A DNA stretch of 64,000 nt from Scyliorhinus canicula (taxonomy: Eukaryota): assembly GCF_902713615.1 (NCBI RefSeq), contig NW_024055462.1:62001-126000 (forward strand). The letters run 5' to 3'. The notes under the pieces were generated by a model. That model saw nothing but the letters and a program-made list of their open reading frames with translations, was not told the DNA's origin and ran no database searches. Each line of letters opens with the position of its first letter. The stretch's first letter is position 1. Below, in pieces: positions 35,930 through 48,149 of this stretch. The translations under genes and the position numbers were made by a program.

Positions 35930-37555
35930 TTTCACCTGTGTGTCGAAGAGTGTGTGGTGCGTGAGAGAGTGTGCGTAAGTGGCTGCATATGTATGTGCAT
36001 ACATGCGTGTAAATGTGTGTGTGTTCTGAGAGAGATAGATCAAGACTGTGTGTAATGAGAGAGTGCATGTGTGAGTGTGCAAGAGAGCATGTGTGCAAGA
36101 GAGCATGTGTTTGAGAGAGCATGTGTGTGAAGAAACTGTGTGTGTGAGAGATCATGTGTGTGAGAGAGCATGTGTGTGAGAGAGCATGTGTGTGAGAGAG
36201 AATGTTTGTGAGAGAGCATGTGTGTGAGAGACTGTGTGTGAGAGAGCATGTGTGTGAGAGAGCATGGTGTGTGAGAGAGCATGTGTGGCAGAACACGTAC
36301 GTGTGAGAGAGTGTTTGTGTGAGAAAGCGTATGTGTGAGAAAGCCTGTGTTCACCAGCATGCAAGGAGTGTTGTGAGAGAGTGTTGTATGTGAGCGAGAA
36401 TGTGTAGTGGAGCACGTGTGTGTGCGATAGAGTATGTGTGAGCGAGCATGTGTGGCAAAGCATGTATGTGTGAGAGAGTGTGTGTGTGGTGACAGAGCAT
36501 GAGTGTGAGAGGGTAACGTGTGGTGGAGCACGTGAGTGTGAGAGAGTGTGTGTAAGAGAGCATGCATGTGAGAGAGCGTGTGTGCACGAGAGCATGTGTG
36601 TGAAAGAATGTGTGAGAAAGCCTGTATACGAGAGAGTGTGAGTGTGGGCTACCGTGTATGTGAGAGACCGAATGTGTGAGATAGAATATGTGTGAGAGAG
36701 CATGTGTGCAAAAAGATACGTGTGTGTGAGAAACCATATGTATGAGAGAGAGCGTGTGCCTCAGAGAGCATGTATGTGAGAGAGCATGTATGTGAGAGAG
36801 CATGTGTGTGAGAGAGTGTGTGTGGAAGAGAGCCTGTGTGTGTGAGAGAATGTGTGCAAGAGTGTGTGTGTGAACACATGTGTGTCAGAGAGTGTGTGCA
36901 AGAGAGAGGTTCTGTGAGAGAGGGTATGTGTGAAAGAGCATGTGTGCAAGAGACCAGGTGTGCAAGTGAGCCTGTGTGTGAGAGAGTGTGAGAACGAGAG
37001 AGTGTGTGTGCGAGAACATGAGTGCAAGAGAGCGCATGTGTGAGAGAGTGTGTGGGTGAGAAAGCATGTGTGAGAGGGAGCATGTGTGTGAGTCTGGAGA
37101 GAGCATGTGTGCGAGCTTGTGTGCGAAAAAGCATGTGTGCAAAAGAGCGCGTATGTGAGGAGAGCATGGTATGCAAGAGACTGTGTATGAGAGCACGGGT
37201 GTGTGGGAGAGCGTGTGTATGAGAGAGCATGTGTATGAGAGAGCATGTGTATGAGAGAGAGTGCGTGTGAGGGTGCGTGTGTGCAAGAGATAATTTATGC
37301 GAGAGAGAGTGTGTGTGAGAGAGAGCCTGTGAGAGAGGGAGATTGAGTGTATGAAAGAGAGTAATACGTGCCTCTGTGTGTGTTTGTGAGAGAGTGTGAG
37401 ACATATATGCTATTTTTGGGAGTGAGACTGTGATAGTGCATGTGAAACAGTGTGCAGGTGTGTTTGGGAGATTGCATGTGAGAAAGATGAGAGTGTCTGA
37501 GAGCGAATGCATTTGAGAGAGAATGAGTGTGTGGAAGAGAATAGAGAGGGAGATG
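35930..37555. repeat. (GAGAGAGCATGTGTGT)n-like compound microsatellite
   Basis: Read directly; it is the source of spurious His/Thr/Leu/Ser ORFs. Confidence 0.88.
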
Positions 37556-37884
37556 AAATGGAAAAAATGAAAATCGCTTATTGTCACGAGTAGGCTTCAA
37601 TGAAGTTACTGTGAAAAGCCCCTAGTCGCCACATTCCGGCGCGGCTGGTACAGGAATTGAACCGTGCTGCTGGCCTGCTGGTCTGCTTGAAAGCCAGCTA
37701 TTGAGCTCAGTGAGCTAAACCAGCCCCTGTGGTGTCGATTGTGAGAGCCCCTGTGATAATGTGCCTGTTGTGAGAGAGAGTGGGTGACAGAGTGTTTGTG
37801 TGTCAGAGATAGTTGGAGGAGAGAGAACGACAGCGAGGGCATGGAAGAGAATGGGCGTGTGAGGCTGTGTGTGTGTATGTGTGA

Positions 37885-38700
37885 GAGACAGAGGGCGGGA
37901 ATTTTCCATAAACTGACATCGAAATTGGGAAATGTGATTTGGCGGAGAATAGCTTCCGATACCAAGTCAGGACAGGCCCGATTTGATGCCAATCACGATT
38001 CTCCATTACCTCAAAAACGGCGTCAATGCGTTGACTCCACACATACAGTGGGCACCATTTGCATAATCATTAACGGGCCCAACTGGTATCGCCAGGGTCA
38101 TTGCGATTCTCCACCTCCGATTAGCTGGCGTTCCCAATGGCGTGGTTCACTTGTGCTTTTAAAAATCGTGAATCTGGCGTGGTGGCTGCTGAGGAAGGGA
38201 GAGGGGGTATGGAAGGTGTCCAACATCGCCTTAGTTTGCAGACAGTTGTGCCGCTGGCTAGGGGGCTTCTGCCAGGGCCGTGGGTAATAGCGGGACTTGA
38301 CCAGGAGGTGGGCTGTGTGGGGGAGGGGGGTGGACAAACAAGTATACATTGACGCCGCCGGCAAAGCAGCATGCAACTGCGCACAACCACTAACAGCCCA
38401 CTTTGAACCTGGTGCCCTCTGGCCCCAGCCGACCGGTTGTATGGGTGCACTCCAGCATACCAGTACCATCTTGGTGGCCTGGGATATGTGGTGTGGGACT
38501 GTAATGTGTATGTGTGGCTGCAGCTTGTCAGCCTGCAGAGTGTCGATCACGGACCCGGCGTGGTCCTGCACCATTTTTCAGTGGAATCGAGTGTGTTCCA
38601 CGCGGTACGGGTGCTAGCCCCTCAACGGTAGCAGAATCGGTCCAGGTGTGGCGCCGGTTTTACTGTCGTAAAAGTCCACAGATTCTCCACGGATTCTCCA
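37885..38700. mobile_element. GC-rich MITE/DNA-transposon-like remnant related to 13793-14222
   Basis: GGGCGGAATTTTCC start and recurring GATTCTCC/GGAGAAT motifs. Confidence 0.4.
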
Positions 38701-40974
38701 TCAGCACTTTATGTAGTTTAATGTCATCACAGAGATCAGTGGTTTGAAATAAAGATAGAAACCAGGAAACATTCACATCGAAAACTGATTACCTGAATCG
38801 ACGCGACACACTGCATCGACCCGAGTAAGGAAATGCATTGTAACTAAATTCATTTTCGGTACAATTAAACATTCTCCAAAAGCTTTGATATTGCGCGCCA
38901 GTGTGTCAATTGCAGGAGGTCGCTTATGTTGAATTAGTTAGTACTAATATTGCATTGCTAGTTATTGGTAATGTCTATTCGTTGCCTTGTTAACTGATCC
39001 TGTACCATAATATAAATAATACAAAAATGTTTTTCTATAATTCGAAACCTGCTCCAGCTTGAAACTTTGTTAAATAATTTAGGTTTAATTAAATCTTTGG
39101 CAAAGTTAAACAATAAACTTAAAATAGCCGGATGGAAACATTCAGACACGTAGAATATATCATCTGTGTGTCAAAGCGGTTCTCCCCGAGTTGATAAACT
39201 GTCATGATTGAAACTATATATATTTACACATTGTAAAGACCCTGGCAGTTTGTGATGAATAAAATGCTTCCTAGATTTAAGAACTCAGGCAATCCCTGTA
39301 ATTTATTATTAAAAATATTGTTAAAAAAAGGAGATCCAATTTATCAGTGTGAAACATTGTGAAAACACTTCATTCAGATCCAATACAGCACGGCAACATA
39401 ATGAACAAACTAAGGAGAAAAGTTCTTGCTTAATTTAATAATTGTTGGGTTACGGGTATAGGGGTGGATACGTGGTTGAGTAGGGTGATCATGGCTCGGC
39501 ACAACATGAAGGGCCTGTTCTGTTCTATGTTCTATGTAACCATCAGTTAACATTTTAAAATACCCTAATATATCTGTAATTCGTTTCTTTATTCCGAAAC
39601 CTGTCGATTTGTTCACTCCAATCGGTGTCCAAGAGATTCAAACACGTAGACTGTTTGCATTGACCAGAAAACCTGTAACCGCTCAGTGTCACCGAGTTTA
39701 AACAATACAGAAACAATACAGAAACGGCCCAACCGCTTCACAAATTGTACGTATTCAAAGTCACCCAGACCACAAGCCTCTCAGCAAGACAACAACAAAA
39801 CACATCACTGAGGGACTGAAACCCATTTCCGAGAATTCTACACTTAACAGAATCAAACTTAACATTTCAAAAACATCTCAATATCAAATGCAGCAAACCA
39901 GCTCGACCCACGAGAGCAAACATTGCAGAAAAGCCAGGCTGTTATTGCAGAAATAACTTACATCGAAAGGGTGCCTTGAACCATGGCTACGTTTAATCTA
40001 CAATCAGGCCTGTTTTCTGCCTCTAATCATGTGTCAAGTAGGTCCAAACGCGTATATTGTTTTCATTCAATTACAAAACATGTAACCAGTCGGTGTCACC
40101 GAGTTTAAACAATGCGGAAACGCCAAACCGTTTCACGCATTTTCCTTATTCAATGTCACCCAGATACAAGAAAAATACGACATCACATCACCGAGGGACT
40201 GAACTCGCTTCATGGAGAAAGGCAGCTCAATTCAAAAAATAGTTTCAAAAGAACCAAACATAACATTTAAAGAAAATATCAATCGAGAAGCCACCAAATC
40301 CGCTTGTCATCAAATGAATGAATAATTAAACAGAAATATGAAGAATATCCTCAGCATTGTGAATAAGCTGAACATGATCAATAAATTGACGCAGAAACGT
40401 TAGAGTTTTTTGTTAATATTGGGTTCGAGTTCTAAAACACTTGGTGGTAAAACTTGCAACCACCAAATGTCACCGAGACTTTTTTTTAAATTTAGTGCCC
40501 CAATAATTTTTTTCCAATTAAGGGCAATTTAGCATGGCCAATTCACCTAACCTGCACAGTCGAACCCCATATTACAATGCAGAAACAATACGCAAAACGC
40601 CAAACCGCTTCACAATTGTAACTTATTCAAAGTCACCCAGAACACAGTCGCCGACATTAAACATTGCAGAAACGCCAAACTGTTTTAACAGACGTTTGTA
40701 TTTAAGTACCCAGCCACACAGTATCCTCAGGAAATAAACACCAAATCACATAACCGGGACTAAATCCCTCAGCAGCAGACACCTTTGTGTCAAGAGGCAG
40801 AGTAATTCTCGAACCCTTTTCAGCCAAATCACGTGAAACATTACAAAAAAATGTCAATACAGAATCCAGCAAACAACGCAATTCAGTGAACGAATGAATT
40901 GTTAAATAAATCAAAATAGAAACAACGACTGAAATAAACACACAAGCCATGAAATAATTGTAACCGGTTCTTAC

Positions 40975-41026
40975 CTGCAGTCACCGTCACCAGATGGGCC
41001 CTTGTCCCCAGTAAGTCTAAAGTAGT
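40975..41026 (-). pseudogene. IGHJ: JH segment (frameshifted as sequenced)
   Basis: ACTACTTTAGACTTACTGGGGACAAGGGCCCATCTGGTGACGGTGACTGCAG|gtaag. The WGQG motif and the VTVTA end are both present but 2 nt out of frame (WGQGPIW*). Heptamer at 41027-41033. Confidence 0.85.
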
Positions 41027-41068
41027 CACAGTGTCACATTCCCTGGGCAGCTCCACAATACATTAACC
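41027..41068 (-). promoter_or_regulatory. JH recombination signal
   Basis: Perfect CACAGTG heptamer on the + strand. Nonamer ambiguous: ACAATACAT after 21 nt or ACATTAACC after 26 nt. Confidence 0.7.
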
Positions 41069-41394
41069 GCACCTGCACAAAATAGACAGAATCCACCACT
41101 GTTTTAAATATTCACAAACCAACGGCAAATTAAGTCACAATGAATTTTCATTAATTATAATTGTATTTGTGGATTTCGCTTGCCTGCTCAGAAATGACCC
41201 TAATGTTTATATTTCAGAGTAAACACAGGGCATGTTACTGAAAACGCGAACGGATTTCGTGAATAATTATCAGTGTTCCCAAATTATTTCTCTCGTTATT
41301 TGGGCAGTGATGAACATAATTATACTTCACTGTGAATAAAGTTGGATTGTAAAAAGCGAGCACTGAGCCAGCCTCAGTTAATTAGTGCTGAGGG

Positions 41395-41460
41395 GCTTTT
41401 TGTATTGACAGTAACTGCTGTGCCCCAGTTATCACAGTGAGACACAGCGTGTCAAATACT
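41395..41460 (-). other. IGHD: D2 segment (ATAACTGGGG, 41432-41423) with 12/12 RSS
   Basis: + strand: GCTTTTTGT-12-TGCTGTG | CCCCAGTTAT | CACAGTG-12-TCAAATACT. Confidence 0.88.
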
Positions 41461-41762
41461 GCGGCAGACTGTTAACTGTAAAATACAGAGATTTAATTTC
41501 ACTGCTCTCCCAAAAAACTAACTCTGTCTCTTCCAAGAGCGAATGGTGTGAGCTATTTCAGCTTGTCTTGGTCATTACATTTATAAAGAGATCGGAACAC
41601 GTTTAAAACCCTCTGTGCACATTTAGCGTGTCGGTCAACAGAGATAAAGTGGAAGATTTTTATACCTTTTTATAAACTAATATTGTGTTTTATTTAAGCC
41701 TCATTTAAGTTGGCAATCCTGCTGTGACGCTGATCACCAATTTGAACAAACTCTTTCACTGA

Positions 41763-41840
41763 GGTTTTTGTATGAGGATGTCGCTGTGCACAGCACTGTG
41801 ACCCACTGTAGTCACAGTGACAGACAGCCGCACAAATACT
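41763..41840 (-). other. IGHD: D1 segment (ACTACAGTGGGT, 41812-41801) with V-side 12-RSS and J-side 22-RSS
   Basis: + strand: GGTTTTTGT-22-CACTGTG | ACCCACTGTAGT | CACAGTG-12-ACAAATACT, the classic shark D1 arrangement. Confidence 0.92.
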
Positions 41841-42191
41841 GCACTCACTCTCTGTTCAGTCCTGCCGCTCAATGTTCACTTCAATACAAGTTTACTTGAT
41901 TTAATTACAATTTATAACAGCAGTTTATCAAACCCAATGTACAGAGACTTTCTCCAAGTATCAGAATAATAAAACGATGATTATATCCAGGTCTGTCATT
42001 GCTGAAATAAACAGACAAAAGCTCATCCTATTAGATCGATTGGTTTGTTAGGTTTTACTGTTTAATTTTCTCTGTGTTAGTTATGTAAGAAGCAGCTTGT
42101 GTTTTGACTCTGATCACTGACATTAATATTACATTTGAATCAAGTACTGACCTTCAGGTTAAGTTGCAAGTTGCTGAATTCCCTCTCGAGC

Positions 42192-42230
42192 TGTTCTTGT
42201 GCGGGTCCAGCCCTGGTTCCTCTCGCTGTG
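42192..42230 (-). promoter_or_regulatory. VH 23-RSS
   Basis: Minus strand CACAGCG-23 nt-ACAAGAACA. Confidence 0.9.
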
Positions 42231-42537
42231 GTATCCAGCACAGTAATAGATGGCGGTGTCTTCGGTCTTCAGGTTCGTCATGGCCAAAGAGAAGATGTTG
42301 TTTGAAGTGTCTTTGGACGGAGTAAATCGATTCTGAATTACTGGGGCGTAGTAGTTGCTGGATGAACTATAATACTGAAGCAGCCACTCCAGCCCCTGTC
42401 CGGGAACCTGTCGGAACCCACTGCATGTAAGCGGTGCTGAGATCGAAGCCGCTGGTTTTACAGGTCAGTGTCAGGGAGCCTCCGGGACGCCCTGGTCGCT
42501 GCCTCTGGCTGAGTCAACACAACATCCGACTGGACAC
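42231..42537 (-). pseudogene. IGHV: VH exon (two +1 frameshifts as sequenced)
   Basis: tttttacag|GT GTC CAG TCG GAT GTT GTG TTG ACT CAG. After removing single extra bases near 42492 and 42415 it reads DVVLTQP...[32 protein letters not shown]...[33 protein letters not shown]. Exon is 307 nt versus 305 expected. Confidence 0.9.
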
Positions 42538-42665
42538 CTGTAAAAATATATCAAAAAGCCCGAGGAATTAATGCTGGTGAAATGATTGGTGACTCTGGAA
42601 CATTCAGAGAGAGACTAACACTGAGACAGTAACAGTGAGAGACTTGGACAATAAAAACTACTCAC

Positions 42666-42710
42666 GGGATAAGAAAGTCAGCAACAGACTGAGAGAATGG
42701 CCCACCTCAT
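42666..42710 (-). pseudogene. IGHV: VH leader exon (1-nt deletion as sequenced)
   Basis: ATGAGGTGGGCCATTCTCTCAGTCTGTTGCTGACTTTCTTATCCC|gtgag; 45 nt versus 46 needed. Restoring one T gives MRWAISLSLLLTFLS. Confidence 0.85.
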
Positions 42711-42799
42711 CATTCTGGTCATTTGGGGGAAATGGTTGTAGTCAGGAACTCAGTGAACAAACCAGCTCCCGGACTGTTGGATTCGGGTCCCAGTGAGCG

Positions 42800-42885
42800 G
42801 CATTTAAATACCCGGCAGAAGGGGGCGGCTTTCCAGGCGCCGCCTGTTGATTCCCTGGTGGAGGCGGCGACTGGATCACGTCCCA
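42800..42885 (-). promoter_or_regulatory. VH promoter region
   Basis: TATTTAAAT on the minus strand (42810-42802), about 95 nt upstream of the ATG. CRE-like GACGTGAT near 42875. No proximal octamer seen. Confidence 0.5.
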
Positions 42886-45612
42886 CCTTCCACACCCACA
42901 ACAGAATGGACTCAGATATTTCAATAGGTTATTATTTGAAAAACGAATTTTGATCGGTATCGGTTTATTTGTTTGGCTGGAAGGATTAATTGTAATGTCT
43001 ATCCTCATCGAATGGAAATGATATTTGAACATCTCTAAGTAAAATCGAATTCCATTATATATTAAGTCTCTTTATTTCTGCACTCCAATATAAAGGGATG
43101 AACACAGACAGATTAAATTACACTATCAGGGAATAATCGTCTGTCACTCAGATATGCAACACTCCGGGACTCTATCCCATTCCAACAATAAAGTATAATT
43201 CATCAGACGAAATGTAACTAAATGAGGGAATGAATTACGTGATTACATTTGCAGTGCGATGGCCATCACTGTACAATGTGGGTCTGGTCGACAAGAAGAA
43301 ACTCCCTCACATTACACAATGTCTCTCTTCACATTTCTGGAACTGTCCCTGAGCCTCAGACAGTCCTGTGAACATTAGCGGTAAAAGAAGCCGCTTGCCT
43401 GATAATTCAGCAGTGAGTTGACAGTAAACATAAAATTCACACCAGCTTTTGACAGATAAGTTAATGAATCGGAACGGACGCGGCGATCAGCAAAGTTATC
43501 CTTTCGCATCCAAATCATTGCCGCTAATTTTACTGACCACCGGCTGTCTAACATTCACTGGTGTTTGGAACACAGGATATCAGGACTTTGCTGCATATTA
43601 CACAATATCACCGGAATTAAATGTTTTATCTCCACTGAAGCAGGTCATGACTGGTCATTTCTCACACTTATTGGCAGCAATAAGAGGGACTGTTAAATAA
43701 TGGAAATCAGCACAAATTAAACTGTACAGAACACGGTGTTAATCGGGTATAAGAGACGCCTCCGTTTAACGGAGATCAACAACTCGGAGAATATTCCAGG
43801 AATCCCCCCCCAGTTCAATGTAGTTTATTACTTTTATTTCATTTATTTTATTTTTTGGAATTGGAGTCATCTTATTGAACTTGTAGATTGTGTCCATCAA
43901 CACCCATCCACTCTCTCACTTCATTCGGTTCTCAACAAACGGACTTTAATAACTAGAGTGATCTTACTCAGAACTAATTAATAAATAGCATCTGGTCAGG
44001 TTACTATTTTCCGATCATGTTTAATCTCATAGTGAACAAAACATTCAGTGAATATATTATTTGCATGGATCACCATTTAAAACGTTCACTTCATGTGCGA
44101 CGAAAACATTTATTGTTTGAATGGATAAATCCCATTTATATCCATTCATATTCAGGTTAATCTGCCCCACAACCGTATTTGGCAGCAATCCAGCCGCCTG
44201 CAGTCAGGGGGAGCTCGAATGTTCACTGTTGTTTACAGGAAACATCTGTATTTTTTTCAAAGATCTGTTTGCTCAGTACTGACCGCTTGGATGCAAGCCA
44301 ACTTCAAACTCTTAACATTGTCAATGAGGACTATTTATAAACAAATCTACCCAGCAACAGTACTGAGATCATTTTGTGTTTTAAATTGTGAACTTATTTG
44401 AACTGTTCCCATCTCTAAGGAAGGGAGAGTTATCCAGCTTTTCTGACCAATCGTACCAATTGCCGGCTGGAGTATCTCTCCCACATCTCATAACATGTGG
44501 ATGATGGATAGGAATACAAGCAGACTATCAGACAGGGGCTACATTTTGTAATAGCTAAAACATGTACATTTACGTTGTTTTTTCCCTTTATTCTTCCATG
44601 GAATGTGGGAGCCACTGTCAAGACCACCATGTGTTCCCTGTCCCTAATTGCTGTTGAACTGAGTGGTTTGCTGGGCCAGCTCAGAAGGAACTGAAGAGTC
44701 AGACATGTTGCTGTATGACTGGAGGCCACATGTATGTGAGCCAGGGAGGATGTCAGATTTCCTTCCTTAGTGAAGCAGAGGGGGTTTCATGGTGAACCAT
44801 AGTATGTATTCCGGATTTATTAACTCAACTCAAATTCCCCCCACCGGCCATGGTGGGATTTGTACCCAAGCCCCCCAGAATTAGCCCGGGCCTTTGGGTT
44901 ATTGGTTCAATGCCATTAATACTCCCCCACTACCGACCCAAAAGATAAAGGGATTACTGCTTTGATGTAGGGATGGATGTTTGTTAGATGCCTGAATATT
45001 TTGATTGTGGAATCGGTGAATGGGTTTGATGGATGCATGGATAGATGGTCCAGAAAAGATGCTGTTCTACATTCTCAGTTTTGTGCTTGATGATTTCACA
45101 AATTAAATCAGGCCCTTTATAATTTGTGTCAGTATAATGCATTCGGTGGGTTCAAGCTTTTCTGGGTGAATTCCATCCCCAGACTATCGAGAACTGATGA
45201 GATGGACGTCACTAATCGGAAACTGGAGATATTCCTGCGGTGCTGGTGATTCTTCTCTGCTGATGGCGAATCTCATCTCAAAGGACAGGAAGCAGGAACA
45301 TGATGACGTTGAGGGGGGACGGTTGTAATATTTGGAACATGTGGTAATTTCGTGTACAATTGGTCACTCAAGATGTCCTCACCAAATTAATGAAGATACC
45401 AGACTGAAACACTTATGTGAAAACTGAAATACTGTGAAACTCAGTGGACAGATGCAGACGTTGAATTAGTTTCCAAATCATTGTAATAACATACTGGGCA
45501 TTCAAAGATTCATCAGCGTCACATTGAGTACAGGACATTTCATTTCTACCGACACTTTAAAAATCATCTCACACTCCAGTCTGGAGATTCTGTGTGAGGA
45601 TGGGGTGATTAC

Positions 45613-48131
45613 TGACCAAACACAGCACAATTCTTCCAGCAACATTTGGCCTGAAAGCAGATGAAGTGTTAAAGTATGACCATTGGAAAGGCCTTCCCAG
45701 TGCTGCTATGAGTGAGTTATGTCAATGGTTGCTGCAGTCTCCTCTGTCCACTTTATTTTCAGATATTGGTTATGATTTTGCATCATGAATCTCCTGTGGG
45801 ATGGGTTATATCTTCCAGGAGAGAAGGCGTCGGTCATAAATGTTCAGAACATAGCAATAATATTCACCCAATTTTCATTCATTTATGAATATAATAATTA
45901 GATTCACAAATTGCCAGCGTTCCATAAAGTACAGTTTTAAATTAAGTTATACGGTGTGGCCATCGAGGCTAGGCCATGACTTATTGTCCATCGCTAATTG
46001 CCTTTCACAAAGAGGCGGTGAACTGCTTGTTTTGAACCTCTGCAGTCACTCTAGTGTAGGTACACCGACGATGCTGTTCGGAGAGGCAGTTGTAGGTTTT
46101 TGAATCAGCGACACTGAAGATTCTGTGATATATTTCCAAGTCAGGATAGTGAGTGATCTAGAGGGGAATTTCCAGGTGGTCATCTTCCCATGTGTCAGCT
46201 GCCTTTCCTTCTAGAAGGTAATGGTCCTGGGTATAGAAAGTGTTTCAAGGGAGACTTGCTGCGCTCCTGCAGCTCATCTTGTGGATGGTACATGATTGCC
46301 ATTGTTAGTCGGTGGTGATGGAATGAGTGTTTGCGCATAGGGCGGCAATCAAGCGGAGCTTGCTTGTGGCCTGGAATGGTTCAGAGTATTCAACAGTCCT
46401 GACTTGTGCCTTGCAGATGGTGAACAGGCTTTCGGAATCAGGAGGTGAGTTGCTCGCTGCAGGCTTCCGAGACGCTGACCGGATCTTGTAGCCTCAGCAT
46501 TTATATGGTTAGACCAGTACCGTTTCTGGTCAATAGTAACCCCAGTGTATTGATCGTGCGGGATTCAGCGATGGCAGTATCAGTCAAAATCAAGTGGCGA
46601 TGGTGAGATTCTATTTTGCTGGAGATGGTCATTGTTTAGCAATTCCGTGGCGATATTACCAATTGTCACAATTCACAAAGTTAAATAATGATATTAGTAA
46701 TTATCATCAACTCACAACATAAAACGTTATATTCACCAATTATGATCCACACTTTTTTTACAAACTGTAAATGCAATTCATTTAAGGAGGTGGATTTGAG
46801 ACAGGAAGAGATCCGCCATGATGATTGAATGCGGAGCAGGTTCGAAGGGCTGAACTGCCTACTTCCGCTCCTAATTCCTATAGTCATATGTTCAACATAA
46901 TTAAATTGACATAGGATTGACTATTCTGTCACCGAGTAGTCACATCTGCATCAGAATTCAATGTGAAATGGAATTAACCAGACCGAGGATTATGTGCAGC
47001 AACCCAGCATTGGTGAATATAACGTTTTATGTTTGTGAGTTGATGATAATTACTAATATCATTATTTAACTTTGTGAATTGTGACAATTGGTAATATTCG
47101 CCACGGAATTGCTAAACAATGACCATCTCCAGCAAAATAGAATCTCACCATCGCCACTTGATTTGACTGATACTGCATCGCTGAATCCCGCACGATCAAT
47201 ACACTGGGGTTACTATTGACCAGAACGGTACTGGTCTAACCATATAAATGCTGAGGCTACAAGATCCGGTCAGCGTCTCGGAAGCCTGCAGCGAGCAACT
47301 CACCTCCTGATCCGAAAGCCTGTTCACCATCTGCAAGGCACAAGTCAGGACTGTTGAATACTCTGACACCTTCCAGGCCAAAGCAGCTCCGCTTGATTGC
47401 CGCCCTATGCGCAAACACTCATTCCATCCACCACCGACTAACAATGGCATCATGTACCATCCACAAGATGAGCTGCAGGAGCGCAGCAAGTCTCCCTTGA
47501 AAACACTTTCTATACCCAGGACCATTACTTCTAGAAGGAAAAGGCAGCTGACACATGGGAAGATGACCACCTGAAATTCCCCTCTAGATCACTCACTATC
47601 CTGACTTGGAAATATATCACAGAATCTTCAGTGTCGCTGATTCAAAAAACCTACAACCTGCCTCCGAACAGCATCGTCGGTTGTACCTACACTAGAGTGA
47701 CTGCAGAGGTTCAAACAAGCAGTTCCCCGCCTCTTGTGAAAGGCAATTAGCGATGGACCATAAGTCATGGCCTAGCCCTCGATGGCCACACCGTATAACT
47801 TAATTTAAAAATGTACTTTAGGAACGCTGGCAATTTGTGAATCTAATTATTTATATTCATAAATGAATGAAAATTGGTGATATTATTGCTATGTTTCTGA
47901 ACATTATGACCGACGCCTCTCTCCTGGAAGATATAACCCATCCCACAGGAGATTCATGATGCAAAATCATAACCAATATCTGAAAATAAAGTGGACAGAG
48001 GAGACTGCAGCAACCATGGACATAACTCACTCATAGCAGCACTGGGAAGGCCTTTCCAATGGTCATACTTTAAACACTTCTCTGCTTTCAGGCCAAATGT
48101 TGCTGGAAGAATTGTGCTTGTGTTTGCGTCA
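45613..48131. repeat. Long inverted repeat: arms 45613-46740 and 47009-48131, 268-bp spacer
   Basis: Arms are reverse complements that differ mainly by single-base indels. Each contains a LINE 3' fragment plus flanking non-LINE-looking sequence. Confidence 0.9.
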
Positions 48132-48149
48132 CAAGGTTTACTCTGGACA

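Noticed and set aside
35922-37600. His/Thr/Leu/Ser-rich ORFs up to 312 aa
   Set aside because: Translations of a (CA/CT)-type compound microsatellite.
40975-42537. Germline-joined VDJ, as occurs in some shark clusters
   Set aside because: V, D1, D2 and J are separate, with intervening DNA and RSS present.
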